Origin: a virus
Virus record (IMG/VR): IMGVR_UViG_3300048999_000056
Span: 1-64,000 of that record
DNA length: 64,000 bases
Strand: one strand, 5' to 3'
The notes below the pieces were generated by a model. That model made no database searches, was not told the origin of the DNA, and was given only the letters and a program-made list of their open reading frames with translations. Positions 37,815 through 47,736 of the stretch are shown here, in pieces (within the stretch, counting starts at the first letter, position 1; every line of letters starts with the position of its first letter). The position numbers were made by a program, and so were the translations under genes.

Positions 37815-38132
37815 ATGGCAACGACGATCTCGGAAATCCCGCTACGTGCTTCATCGCAGACGTTCACGATCTCGCTTGCATCTGTAATATACAAAATGCG
37901 GGTGCAGTGGCGCGACAAGGCACAGGAATGGATCGTTGATCTGAGCGATCAGGACGACAATTTGTTGATCGCTGGCGTGCCGCTGCTGCCCGGCGCCGAC
38001 ATTCTGGGGCAGTATCCAGAGCTGGGCGTCGGCGGCGAGCTATGGGTGGCGTCGGACGGTGCGCCGGACGAACCGCCAACCTTTGCCGGGCTCGGCTCGA
38101 CCCATCACCTGTACTTCGTGGCGAGAAGCTGA
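37815..38132 (+). CDS. Small baseplate protein (DUF6983-like)
   Basis: EIPL....Q.F.I.L, W..D, G.PL..G.D.L.QY. Confidence 0.75.
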   Translation: MATTISEIPLRASSQTFTISLASVIYKMRVQWRDKAQEWIVDLSDQDDNLLIAGVPLLPGADILGQYPELGVGGELWVASDGAPDEPPTFAGLGSTHHLYFVARS

Positions 38133-38882
38133 ATGGACTATCGCGAGCGCTTCCACGACCCGCAGGAAGCCTTACGGGCCGCCCTGGGTAGTCATCAGGC
38201 TTCCGTCTGGACAGCCCTGCCTGGCATCGTCCAGAGCGTGGATTTCGCCAAGATCACGTGCACCGTCCAGCCCGCGATACAGGCCCAGCAGGTCACGCCG
38301 GACGGCGAACGGAACAACGTCAACATGCCGCTTCTGGTTGACGTGCCGATCCACTTCCCCGGTGGGGGCGGTTACACGGCGACGTTTCCGTTGAAGGAAG
38401 GCGACGAATGCGTGGTGGTGTTCTCGTCGCGCTGCATCGACAATTGGTGGCAAAGCGGCGGCGTGCAACCGCCGTTTGAGCAACGCATGCACGATTTGTC
38501 CGATGCCTTTGCCGTTCCGAGGATTTGGAGCCAACAGACCAAGATCAGCAATATCTCCGATAAGACGGCGCAGCTGCGTAGTGACGACGGCACGCGATAT
38601 GTCGAACTGGACACGCCGAACAAGAAGGTTCGCGCGGTCACGGATACCGTTGTGATCGAGCTGGACAGCAGCAGCGGCAAGGTGACGGTGACGGCTCCGA
38701 CTGAGGTTCATGTTGAATGCCCCCTGGTCACGCTGAGCGGCGACCTGCACGTCTCGGGTGCCGTGATCGGTGGCTACGGCGGGGGCGATCAGGTGGGCTT
38801 GCAGACGCATACGCATACGCAGCCAAACGACACGCACGGCGATGGCGAGCTACCAACCAGAGCACCGACGGCAGGCACGTGA
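38133..38882 (+). CDS. Baseplate central spike (Gp138/gpV-like)
   Basis: WTALPGIV, PLLVDVP..FP.GGG, GDEC.VVF..RCID.WW.SG, R.HDLSD, C-terminal HTH metal motif. Confidence 0.88.
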   Translation: MDYRERFHDPQEALRAALGSHQASVWTALPGIVQSVDFAKITCTVQPAIQAQQVTPDGERNNVNMPLLVDVPIHFPGGGGYTATFPLKEGDECVVVFSSRCIDNWWQSGGVQPPFEQRMHDLSDAFAVPRIWSQQTKISNISDKTAQLRSDDGTRYVELDTPNKKVRAVTDTVVIELDSSSGKVTVTAPTEVHVECPLVTLSGDLHVSGAVIGGYGGGDQVGLQTHTHTQPNDTHGDGELPTRAPTAGT

Positions 38883-39015
38883 TGGCAGACGATAACGATG
38901 ACTGGAGAAATCCGTTGCTCGGCACAACCGGCGTCTTGGCTGTCGTCATGGTGATCGGTCTGGCAGCTCTCGGGATCGGCGGATTGACGACGCTTATTCG
39001 TTGGGCGGTGACGCC

Positions 39016-39465
39016 ATGAGATATCGCAAGTTGACAGCGTCCGGCGATATGCAGTTCGGCCAACAGCAAGCCGACTTCTGGATCAACACGCCTGAAGCGG
39101 TGGCGCAGGCTGTCCAGACGCGGTTGCAGCTGCAGCTTGGAGCGTGGTTTCTCGATACGGATGACGGCATGGACTGGCAAGGGTCCGTGCTCGGCAACAG
39201 AACCTCGCCGATTCGCGACGCCACGATCCGCGCTCGTGTGTTGACGACGTTTGGCGTCAATTCAATCGACGGTTATGCATCAGGCTTCAATCCGAACAAC
39301 CGAGCGTTCGCGGCGCAGTTCTCGTTGGATACCATCTACGGCAAACTCGATCTGTTGAAGACAACATTCTTGACGCCGACCGGCCCACGTCCGCCGATAC
39401 CACCATTTAACGTTGGCGCTAACGTGTTGAATGACACGCAGGTCAACGTCACCTGGAGCGGCTAA
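39016..39465 (+). CDS. Baseplate wedge protein (gp25/gp46-like) with a C-terminal Fn3 fragment
   Basis: MRYRKL...GD..FG, EAVAQAV.TRL.L..G.WFLD, TIYG; tail PPFNVGANVLNDTQVNVTWS. Confidence 0.8.
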   Translation: MRYRKLTASGDMQFGQQQADFWINTPEAVAQAVQTRLQLQLGAWFLDTDDGMDWQGSVLGNRTSPIRDATIRARVLTTFGVNSIDGYASGFNPNNRAFAAQFSLDTIYGKLDLLKTTFLTPTGPRPPIPPFNVGANVLNDTQVNVTWSG

Positions 39466-41667
39466 ATGTCAGGCACAACTACCTATCAAGTCCGCTACCG
39501 CGTCAAAGGTTCAACGACGTGGATCAACTATGGCCAGCCGATAACGGACTTGACCGAGGTCATATCCGGGCTGAAACCCAACACGACGTATGAAATGGAG
39601 GTTGTCGCAACCAATCCGCAAGGTGCGGTTGCATCGAACATTATCACGTTTACCACTGGCAGTTCGGTGCCGCCATCGGTGCCCGGCCTGCCGATCGCCA
39701 GCGGGATCAGTACGACATCGCTTGTGCTCAACTGGCCGGCATCGTCCAGCGGTGCCCAACCGATTTTGTACCAGCCGCAGTTCCGGGTGCACAATACTGG
39801 TAGCTTCGTCAATGTCGGTCTGCAAAGCCTGTCGCAATCAGTGACGGTCACTGGTTTGTCCGCGAGCACAAGCTACGATTTTCGGGTGATTGCCACCAAC
39901 AGCAACGGATCGGCGACTTCTGCAACCCTGACGGTCAGCACGGCGGCGATCGGCACTGCGCCCAGCTCGCCAACCAGTCTACGGGCAACAAACGTCACGG
40001 CGAGCGGCCTGACATTGTCCTGGGTAGGTTCAACAGGCACGCCACCGATCACCTACCAGCCACGCTACCGTCTTGCAGGCACGACCAACTTCGCCACGTT
40101 CGGCCCGGCGATCAGCGGCACGACCGTCAACATTACTGGATTGGCGGCGAGCACCAATTACGAATTTCGGGTGGATGCAGTCAACTCTGTGTCCGCAACA
40201 CCTTCAGCGATCTTGCCGGTCACGACGATTGCTTCGACCATTGCACCTTCGGCGCCAAGCGGGCTGACTGCGAGTAATCAGTCGCAGACTGGCATAACGG
40301 TGTCGTGGGCTGCCTCGACCGGCACGCCAGCGCCGACGTATCAGCTACAGTATCGTGTCGGCGCGACCGGCGCATTTGCCAACTACGGCGCGCCGATCAG
40401 CGGCACGTCTGTCAACGTGACAGGACTGGTAGCGAGCACGACATACAACTTCCAGGTTGTGGCGTCCAACAGCGCCGGTTCTGCGACCTCGACGGTCCTG
40501 TCGGCTGCGACGACCGGCGCACCTGTAGCGCCATCCGCGCCGCTCAATCCAACGGTTGGCACGGTGACAAGCAGCTCGATCGCGGTGTCATGGACGCATC
40601 CGGCACAGGGCACCGATCCGCTGCAATATCAGTTGCAATGGCGCCAGCATCCGGCGGCAGGTTCTGTCGCCGGCTTGTTCAATGAAGACTTCAGCGCGCT
40701 CGATATCAGCGAAACAGGCGGCGCCGTTCCGTCTGCGACGATTACACCGGCTTCCGGCGGCTCGATCACCGATCCATCCGGCAACGTGTGGACGATTAGC
40801 AGCGGTGCTGTATTCGAGAATGGATCGGCTGCAGGTTTTACGGCCAATGTTGCAGAAGTGGCATTGGTCAACGGCGTTATCTGGCACGAGAACAACACTA
40901 ACCAGTGGTATTCGTGGTCGCCACCTTCAACGTGGAACCCCGGCACCGATCCGACCGGCGGAACCGGAACCGGCGCCTGGACGAATCACTACGCGTTCGG
41001 TGGTTCCGAGTATACGCTATCGGCGAACAACGAGGCTCAGTACTACGCCAGTTCTACGCGCACGCCGGGCTTCAATCCGTTCTCAGTCTCCGGCGGCGTG
41101 CTGACGATCACTGCCGACAGTGTGGCGCATACCGTTGCCAACCCGCTTGGGCTGCCATACAATTCCGGTGCGATCATATCAGCGCAGGAGAGCAATGGCT
41201 CCCCTGCGCCCGGCCTGTTCTCGCACATGTACGGCTACTTCGAGGCGCGATGCCAGCTGCCGAAAGGGCGCGGGCTGTGGCCGGCATTCTGGTTGCTGCC
41301 GTTGACTGGTGCCGGCGAGATCGATATCTTCGAACAGCTCGGCAATGATACAACAACGATCTACTGTTCGCTGCATGCGACGGTGGGCGGTGTCGGCAAC
41401 ACGGTGTCGCTGGGCTTTGATGCGTCGGCGGCAATGCATGTTTACGGCTGCGATTGGCAAGCTGACTTCATAACTTGGTATGTCGATAACGTCCAGGTAG
41501 CGCAGGCGCCGACGCCAAGCGACATGATCGGCAAGCCCTACTATATTCTCTTCAACTTGGCTGTCGGTGCTGCTGGTTCCTGGCCCGGCCCGCCTGACGG
41601 CACGACAGTCTTCCCAGCCCGCATGCAGATCGATTATGTCCATGTCTTCGACAAGAGGCCATTCTGA
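39466..41667 (+). CDS. Tandem Fn3 plus GH16 glycoside hydrolase virion appendage protein
   Basis: Repeated GL...T.Y.F.V.A.N Fn3 units; YGYFEAR, GLWPAFW, EIDIFE, H.YG.DW, IDYV. Confidence 0.85.
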   Translation: MSGTTTYQVRYRVKGSTTWINYGQPITDLTEVISGLKPNTTYEMEVVATNPQGAVASNIITFTTGSSVPPSVPGLPIASGISTTSLVLNWPASSSGAQPILYQPQFRVHNTGSFVNVGLQSLSQSVTVTGLSASTSYDFRVIATNSNGSATSATLTVSTAAIGTAPSSPTSLRATNVTASGLTLSWVGSTGTPPITYQPRYRLAGTTNFATFGPAISGTTVNITGLAASTNYEFRVDAVNSVSATPSAILPVTTIASTIAPSAPSGLTASNQSQTGITVSWAASTGTPAPTYQLQYRVGATGAFANYGAPISGTSVNVTGLVASTTYNFQVVASNSAGSATSTVLSAATTGAPVAPSAPLNPTVGTVTSSSIAVSWTHPAQGTDPLQYQLQWRQHPAAGSVAGLFNEDFSALDISETGGAVPSATITPASGGSITDPSGNVWTISSGAVFENGSAAGFTANVAEVALVNGVIWHENNTNQWYSWSPPSTWNPGTDPTGGTGTGAWTNHYAFGGSEYTLSANNEAQYYASSTRTPGFNPFSVSGGVLTITADSVAHTVANPLGLPYNSGAIISAQESNGSPAPGLFSHMYGYFEARCQLPKGRGLWPAFWLLPLTGAGEIDIFEQLGNDTTTIYCSLHATVGGVGNTVSLGFDASAAMHVYGCDWQADFITWYVDNVQVAQAPTPSDMIGKPYYILFNLAVGAAGSWPGPPDGTTVFPARMQIDYVHVFDKRPF

Positions 41668-44600
41668 TGCCAAATCTGACGATCAACCTCGGGTCGCTGA
41701 CAGGTAAGACTGTCCCGGCTGCTCTGTATGGTTTCTCGACTGGCGCGCTCGCCGACAACGGCTTCGCCAATGCTGCAGCTACTGCCACGAAGAATGCGTT
41801 GACAACAATCAAGCCGACGCTTGTTCGCGTCAATGCAAACCAGCAAATTCCGGAGAAATACGGAACCGGCAACACCGGCTACACCAACAATTGGTGGAAC
41901 AACCGGGCTGCCTTCATGGACCCAAACCATACTTTTGTCATGTCGGCCGGTCCTTCGTCTGACACCGGCTTGCCTTACTCGGCCAGTCAGGAAGCGACGT
42001 ATGCTTCGAATTTCGCAACTGCAATGCGGAATGCTGGTCACGAGATAACAACTTGGGAGATTGGCAACGAGTCGCTCAACATCTTGCCTGATGTTGCGAG
42101 CTATCTGAATTATTACCTGCCGATCGCTCGCGCTCTGCATACTGTTAATGCCAACTATAAAGTTGGCGGTCCTGCCACGACATGGTGGGGCGCCTATGAT
42201 CCGGCGCAGTTTGCCAATGGTGTTGCGGCCGGTGACTGCGACTTCTACGAGTTCCACGCTTACAACTTCCAGGGCGTAACCGATCATGCGTCCATCTACA
42301 ATGGTGCCAAGAACTTCGGCGATGCAGACTCCATTCGGACCGCTCTGCGAAATACGAAGCTGGCGAATGTGCCGATCTTCCTGTCGGAGTGGAACCTCGA
42401 CGGTGACTTCAATACCAATCCTGGCATTCAGATCACCTATGTAGGCGCCATTGCGGACGCATTGCTGTCAACTCGTATGTGGCAAGGCGATCCGAACATT
42501 ATGGGCGCCGCTTACTGGGATGCTATCAGCGATCCAAAGTTCGGCGCGATTGAAACCAACGGACAGATCAACCCGCCTGGATACTACCTAGGCTACGCCG
42601 GTCAGCACATGCCCGGTGCAGAGGTCACGGTCTCCGGTGTGTCTGGCAATCTGCAAGTGCTGGCGACGAAGAACGGCAGTAACGTTGCAATTCAGCTCGT
42701 CAATTACGATACAGCGTCTGCGTCAGCCAACAACATCACCTTGACTGGTGGACAGCCGTCCGGTGCGATTACGCGTTGGGAGATCGGCAAATCTAATCAG
42801 TCAACGCCGAATGTCTCGACGCAAGCCAGCCTGTCCAGCGTCAATGTGCCGTCTGAGCAAATCGTCATTCTGACCTTCAGCACGGCAGCAGCGCAGCGCT
42901 CGTTGACGGTCAACGCGATAACAGGTGCGCAAGTCGGTTCGACATTTACCGTGTCCGGCACACTGACAAACTTCACGTCGGCCCCGACGCTGCTCTATTC
43001 TGACGATGGCGGCGGCACTCAAGCGCTGCCGGCCGGCGCGAATGTGACTGCAACATCATACAGCTTCACGCATCCGGCGCCGACAATTGCCGGCAACCAT
43101 ACGATCGTCGTGACTGATGGCACCAACTCGGCATCCGCGACATACAGCGTCGTTGACATCACGTGGCAGTCGCGACCGTTGACAGGCTCACTGTCCGACA
43201 CCGTGACAGGACTGGCGCCCTCGACCTCCTACGACTTCCGTGTATCGGCGCAGAACTCGCTCGGCAGCGGTCCGTTCTCAACCGTCGTCACGCGCTCGAC
43301 CGGCACTGTCGCGCCGACGTTGCCGGGTGCGCCTGTAAGCGTATCGTCTTCTGCTGTCTCGTCGTCTTCGGTGACGGTGACATGGGGGGCGCCGACGACA
43401 GGCAGCGCGCCGTTCACCTATCGCGTGCAGTCCTCCCCGGCAGGCTTGGGCACCTGGACCAATCGAGGGACAGGGGTTTCGGGCACAAGCCTGCCAGTGA
43501 CCGGTCTGGCAGCCGCTACGAGCTATGATTTCCGGGTATTCGCCACGAACAGCGTCGGCGAGGGTCCGGCGTCTTCGACTTACAACGTCTCGACCACGAC
43601 AGCGGCAGCAGCAGTTACGTGGGACCCAGCCAACATCGGCGGCGGCGCGACTTTGTCCAACAGCAACCTGACGGTGACAGCGAACGGTTCCACGACACCG
43701 GGCACAGCCTTTCAGGGTGTGCGTAGCACAGTCTCTCAATCGGCCGGCAAACTCGCCTTTGAAGTGACGACAAATGCCTTGACGCAGGACATGGAGATTG
43801 CTCTCGTCAATGGCAATCATGCCCAAACGACTGATGCTGGGGAGGATCAGCTCAACGGCATCGCGTTTTATCCCAGCGGCGGCGGTGGTAGTCAGGCGCC
43901 GATGTCGGTCTACCAAAATAGCGTTCAAGTGCTGGTCCCTAGCGGCTCGCCGATCTCGGATAGCCCCGGTTCGATTGTGACATTCTGCGTTGATCTGACA
44001 GCCCGGTTGTTCTGGGTTACGAGTAACGCGATGCGTAGCGTCTACGGCGCGTCAGCCTGGAATGATAGCGCCAGTGCCAATCCGGCAACCGGCGTTGGTG
44101 GCATACCGATCAACATCACGGGTGCATTGTTTATCTGCTTCTTTTCCTCAGAGGGCGGTGCAGTCGTCACACTCAATGCCGGCTCGTCCACATTCTCCAC
44201 TTTTGTTCCGTCCAGCTTCGCGGCCTGGGGCGGAACAGGAGCAATCACCGCTCCTGGTGCTGTGACAAGCCTGAGTGGCAGCCCGAGTTCTACAAGCGTG
44301 CAGCTGACCTGGAGCGCACCAACGATCGGCACAACGCCGTTTACCTACCACATGCAGATGTCGCCGACCGGCACCAACACGTGGTCTGATCAAGGCACGT
44401 CTTCGTCGGTATCCGGCACCGTTGCAGGTCTGACGCCTGGGACTGGTTATGACTTCCGCGTCTATGCTGCGAATGCAGCCGGCAATGGCGGGTTCTCCAA
44501 CACGATCACGGTCAGCACGACTTCCGGCGTCTCGGGCACGACGTTCGACGAAGAGTTTGGCACGCTGAGCCTACTCAATACGCGCAACACGGCGGCGGGC

Positions 44601-46526
44601 GGCACGTGGCAGCCGGCAGTCTGGTATACTGATGCAAACGGCAGTCCTGATGGCTACGGGATCGATGACGGCTGGTTTGTCAATCCATTCAACCCGGCGA
44701 CGCCGATCAACGACATATATACGATCGTCAGTGGCTCTTTGAACCTCGCGATCGAAGCCAAGCCGGCAAGCGTCGCTCCCTCGGCTGTCGGCAACAAGCC
44801 TTACATGACTGGGCAGCTGCAGACACAGCCGACATTTCGGCAAGCAGGCGGCTACTTTGAAGCGCGGCTTGCCTGTCCGAAGTTGGATGGAACCATGTTC
44901 GCGTGGTGGTTCTATTCCGACAACGGCAACCAGATGAACCTGGAGATTCCGACCGTCCAGGGCGGCGGTCAGTTCGCCAAATACAGTCTGTGGAACCAGG
45001 GCTCGCAGGCGATCGTCAACGAGTTCTACAGCTACAACATGGCGAGCCCGATCGACTGCACGCAATTCCACACTTACGGCATCGATTGGAACCCGCCAAC
45101 CGGACTGATGACGTTCTACATCGATGGCGCACAGGTTATGCAGGCGCCGATCCCGGCCGGCTTCACCGATCCGATGTACATGCTCTTGTCGAGCTACACA
45201 GGTTCGGCCGGCTGGTATGGTTCGATCACCAATCCTGCCGGGTTGCCGATCAAGATGCAGGTTGACTACGTGCGCGCATTTCCGATCGGGCATGGTCCTG
45301 GTAGCGGTGTTGCCGCGCAACCTGTCACGACGTTCCTGAGTTCGCTTGGCGTCAACGTCCATATCGATCAGGGTTTCAGCGCGAACTCATATATCACACC
45401 GCTGCAGTTCACCGGGATCAAGAACATCCGCACCGGCTACAGCAACATTGGCGGTGCCGTGACGGCGCACAACTCAGCCGGCGTAATGGTCAACGTGTTC
45501 GGTTCGTCTGATCTCACGAGTCACCTTGCAGCAGCGCGGACTCTTGCCACCAACGGCGCGCTGCTATCAATCGAAGGACCGAACGAGCCCAACAATTTCC
45601 CCTTCAGCTACCTGGGCAATCAGGGCGGCGGCTCGGGCACATGGGTCCCGGTAGCGCAGTATCAACGCGATCTTTATGCAGGCGTCAAAGCCGATAGCCA
45701 GCTGCAGAACTTCCCCGTGTTCCACGTTTCTGAGGGTGCCGGCGAGACGGACAACGTTGGCATGCAGTTCCTGACGATACCGAACGGCGCCGGTATCGCC
45801 ATGCCTGACGGCACGAAGTATGCCGACTATGCCAATCCGCACAACTACGTCTCAGGCAATCTGGGCGGTCAGTATGTCAACAACACGGCATGGAACGCTG
45901 CCGATCCGACATTGAACGGCTCCTGGGACGGGCTCTATGTGGAGTATGGGCGGACGTGGCGCGGCGGCTTTGCCGGCTACAGCAATGCGGACTTGCAGAC
46001 GTTGCCACGCGTCACGTCAGAAACCGGCTGGGACTCGACCTCGCTTGGCGAGACGATACAGGGCAAGGTTCTGCTCAACACCTACCTCGCGCAGTTCAAG
46101 CGCGGGTGGCGCTACACGTTCATCTATGAAATGTTCGACCAGGAAGCGTCATCGGGCAACCAGGGGCTGTATCGCAGTGACAAGGTGACGGCGAAGCTGG
46201 CCGCTACCTACATTCACAACATGACAACGATATTGGCTGGCGGGTCGAACATCGCCACGACGCCGCTTGCCTATTCGATCGCCAACCAGCCGGCGACTGT
46301 GCACGATCTGTTGCTGCAGAAAACCGGCAACGTCTATGATCTGATCGTCTGGGGCGAACAGGTATCCGGTTCAAACAACGTGGTTGTCAACCTTGCGGTG
46401 GCACGTTCCTCCATCAAAGTCTTCGATCCGACTGTCGGCACGGCTGCTGTGCAAACGTTGACAAATGCCAGCTCCGTGACGCTTTCGGTGAGCGATCATC
46501 CCTTCATCATAGAGATCACGCTCTGA
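41667..46526 (+). CDS. Multidomain appendage protein: clan GH-A hydrolase, Ig/Fn3, SPRY-like, GH16-like, second clan GH-A hydrolase
   Basis: WEIGNE and LSEWN; Fn3 repeats; LSNSNLT..GKLAFEV; GYFEAR..FHTYGIDW; EGPNEPNN and TSETG. Confidence 0.75.
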   Translation: MPNLTINLGSLTGKTVPAALYGFSTGALADNGFANAAATATKNALTTIKPTLVRVNANQQIPEKYGTGNTGYTNNWWNNRAAFMDPNHTFVMSAGPSSDTGLPYSASQEATYASNFATAMRNAGHEITTWEIGNESLNILPDVASYLNYYLPIARALHTVNANYKVGGPATTWWGAYDPAQFANGVAAGDCDFYEFHAYNFQGVTDHASIYNGAKNFGDADSIRTALRNTKLANVPIFLSEWNLDGDFNTNPGIQITYVGAIADALLSTRMWQGDPNIMGAAYWDAISDPKFGAIETNGQINPPGYYLGYAGQHMPGAEVTVSGVSGNLQVLATKNGSNVAIQLVNYDTASASANNITLTGGQPSGAITRWEIGKSNQSTPNVSTQASLSSVNVPSEQIVILTFSTAAAQRSLTVNAITGAQVGSTFTVSGTLTNFTSAPTLLYSDDGGGTQALPAGANVTATSYSFTHPAPTIAGNHTIVVTDGTNSASATYSVVDITWQSRPLTGSLSDTVTGLAPSTSYDFRVSAQNSLGSGPFSTVVTRSTGTVAPTLPGAPVSVSSSAVSSSSVTVTWGAPTTGSAPFTYRVQSSPAGLGTWTNRGTGVSGTSLPVTGLAAATSYDFRVFATNSVGEGPASSTYNVSTTTAAAAVTWDPANIGGGATLSNSNLTVTANGSTTPGTAFQGVRSTVSQSAGKLAFEVTTNALTQDMEIALVNGNHAQTTDAGEDQLNGIAFYPSGGGGSQAPMSVYQNSVQVLVPSGSPISDSPGSIVTFCVDLTARLFWVTSNAMRSVYGASAWNDSASANPATGVGGIPINITGALFICFFSSEGGAVVTLNAGSSTFSTFVPSSFAAWGGTGAITAPGAVTSLSGSPSSTSVQLTWSAPTIGTTPFTYHMQMSPTGTNTWSDQGTSSSVSGTVAGLTPGTGYDFRVYAANAAGNGGFSNTITVSTTSGVSGTTFDEEFGTLSLLNTRNTAAGGTWQPAVWYTDANGSPDGYGIDDGWFVNPFNPATPINDIYTIVSGSLNLAIEAKPASVAPSAVGNKPYMTGQLQTQPTFRQAGGYFEARLACPKLDGTMFAWWFYSDNGNQMNLEIPTVQGGGQFAKYSLWNQGSQAIVNEFYSYNMASPIDCTQFHTYGIDWNPPTGLMTFYIDGAQVMQAPIPAGFTDPMYMLLSSYTGSAGWYGSITNPAGLPIKMQVDYVRAFPIGHGPGSGVAAQPVTTFLSSLGVNVHIDQGFSANSYITPLQFTGIKNIRTGYSNIGGAVTAHNSAGVMVNVFGSSDLTSHLAAARTLATNGALLSIEGPNEPNNFPFSYLGNQGGGSGTWVPVAQYQRDLYAGVKADSQLQNFPVFHVSEGAGETDNVGMQFLTIPNGAGIAMPDGTKYADYANPHNYVSGNLGGQYVNNTAWNAADPTLNGSWDGLYVEYGRTWRGGFAGYSNADLQTLPRVTSETGWDSTSLGETIQGKVLLNTYLAQFKRGWRYTFIYEMFDQEASSGNQGLYRSDKVTAKLAATYIHNMTTILAGGSNIATTPLAYSIANQPATVHDLLLQKTGNVYDLIVWGEQVSGSNNVVVNLAVARSSIKVFDPTVGTAAVQTLTNASSVTLSVSDHPFIIEITL

Positions 46527-46527
46527 T

Positions 46528-47736
46528 ATGTCCGGCACGATAACAACAACGCCCATCTGCACCGTAGATCGGCTTGGCATTCATGCGCCAAGCTATCAGG
46601 ACGTGCTGTCCTATTTGCAGCAGCAGTACCAAGCGATCTACGGGGCCGATGTCTATCTCGGGAATGACAGCCAGGATGGCCAGTTTCTGGCCGTGCTCGC
46701 GCTGGCTATCCATGACACGAACAGCATGGCAGTCGCGGTCTACGGGGCGTTCTCGCCTGCCACGGCGCAAGGTGCCGGTCTGTCATCGGTGGTCAAGATC
46801 AACGGCATCCGCCGGCTGATCGCGACCAACTCCACCGTTGACGTTGTGCTGGTCGGACAGAACGGCACGACGATCCTCAACGGCATTGTGCGCGATGCGA
46901 ACGGCAACAATTGGCTGCTGCCGCCGTCTGTGACGATCCCCCCTGCCGGACAGGTGACGGCGACGGCGCAGTCAGCCAACCCCGGCGCTGTCTCGCTCGC
47001 GGCGCGCGGCATCGATACGTCGAACGATGCCGGCACGATCCTGACGCCGACGCGTGGCTGGCAGAGTGCCAGCAATCCGTTGCCGGCGGTGCAGGGTGAT
47101 CCGCTGGAATCGGACGCAGCACTGCGCCAGCGTCAGACTGTCTCAACGGCGCTGCCGTCGCAGACTGTGCTCGATGGCATTGTCGGCGATGTTGCCAGCG
47201 TGCCCGGCGTGCTGCGCTATCAGGTCTACGAGAACGATACCGGTGTAACCGATATCAACGGCATACCACCCCATTCGATTGCGTTTGTGGTGGACGGTGG
47301 CGACGCCAGTCAGATTGCCCAAGCCATTGCGTTGAAGAAGACACCGGGCAGCCCGACCTACGGCACCACGACTGAAATCGTCATCGATGATCAAGGCACC
47401 GGGCATTCGATCAACTTCTTCCGGCCGACACCGGTTCCGATCACGGTCGCGATCACGATCGCACCGCTGGCAGGCTTCACGACAGCGACAGAGGCGGTCA
47501 TTGTCCGCGCCGTGGCTGACTACATATCGGCGCAACCGATTGGCATAGACGTGCTGCTGACCAAGCTGTATTCGCCGGCCAATCTGACTCCGCCTGTCGG
47601 CAATACGTTCAACATTGTGTCGCTGGCAATTTCGCGATCCGGCACGCCGACGGCGCAGGACGTGCCTATTGCCTTCAACGAGGCGGCAATTTGCACCACT
47701 GACAACGTAACACTGACAGCGCTGGTCAACCCGTAA
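46528..47736 (+). CDS. Baseplate J/gp47-family protein
   Basis: IYG.D.YL..DSQDGQ, FSP.TAQG..L..VKINGI.R, ESDA.LR.RQ, YENDT, PPHSI..VV.GG. Confidence 0.92.
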   Translation: MSGTITTTPICTVDRLGIHAPSYQDVLSYLQQQYQAIYGADVYLGNDSQDGQFLAVLALAIHDTNSMAVAVYGAFSPATAQGAGLSSVVKINGIRRLIATNSTVDVVLVGQNGTTILNGIVRDANGNNWLLPPSVTIPPAGQVTATAQSANPGAVSLAARGIDTSNDAGTILTPTRGWQSASNPLPAVQGDPLESDAALRQRQTVSTALPSQTVLDGIVGDVASVPGVLRYQVYENDTGVTDINGIPPHSIAFVVDGGDASQIAQAIALKKTPGSPTYGTTTEIVIDDQGTGHSINFFRPTPVPITVAITIAPLAGFTTATEAVIVRAVADYISAQPIGIDVLLTKLYSPANLTPPVGNTFNIVSLAISRSGTPTAQDVPIAFNEAAICTTDNVTLTALVNP

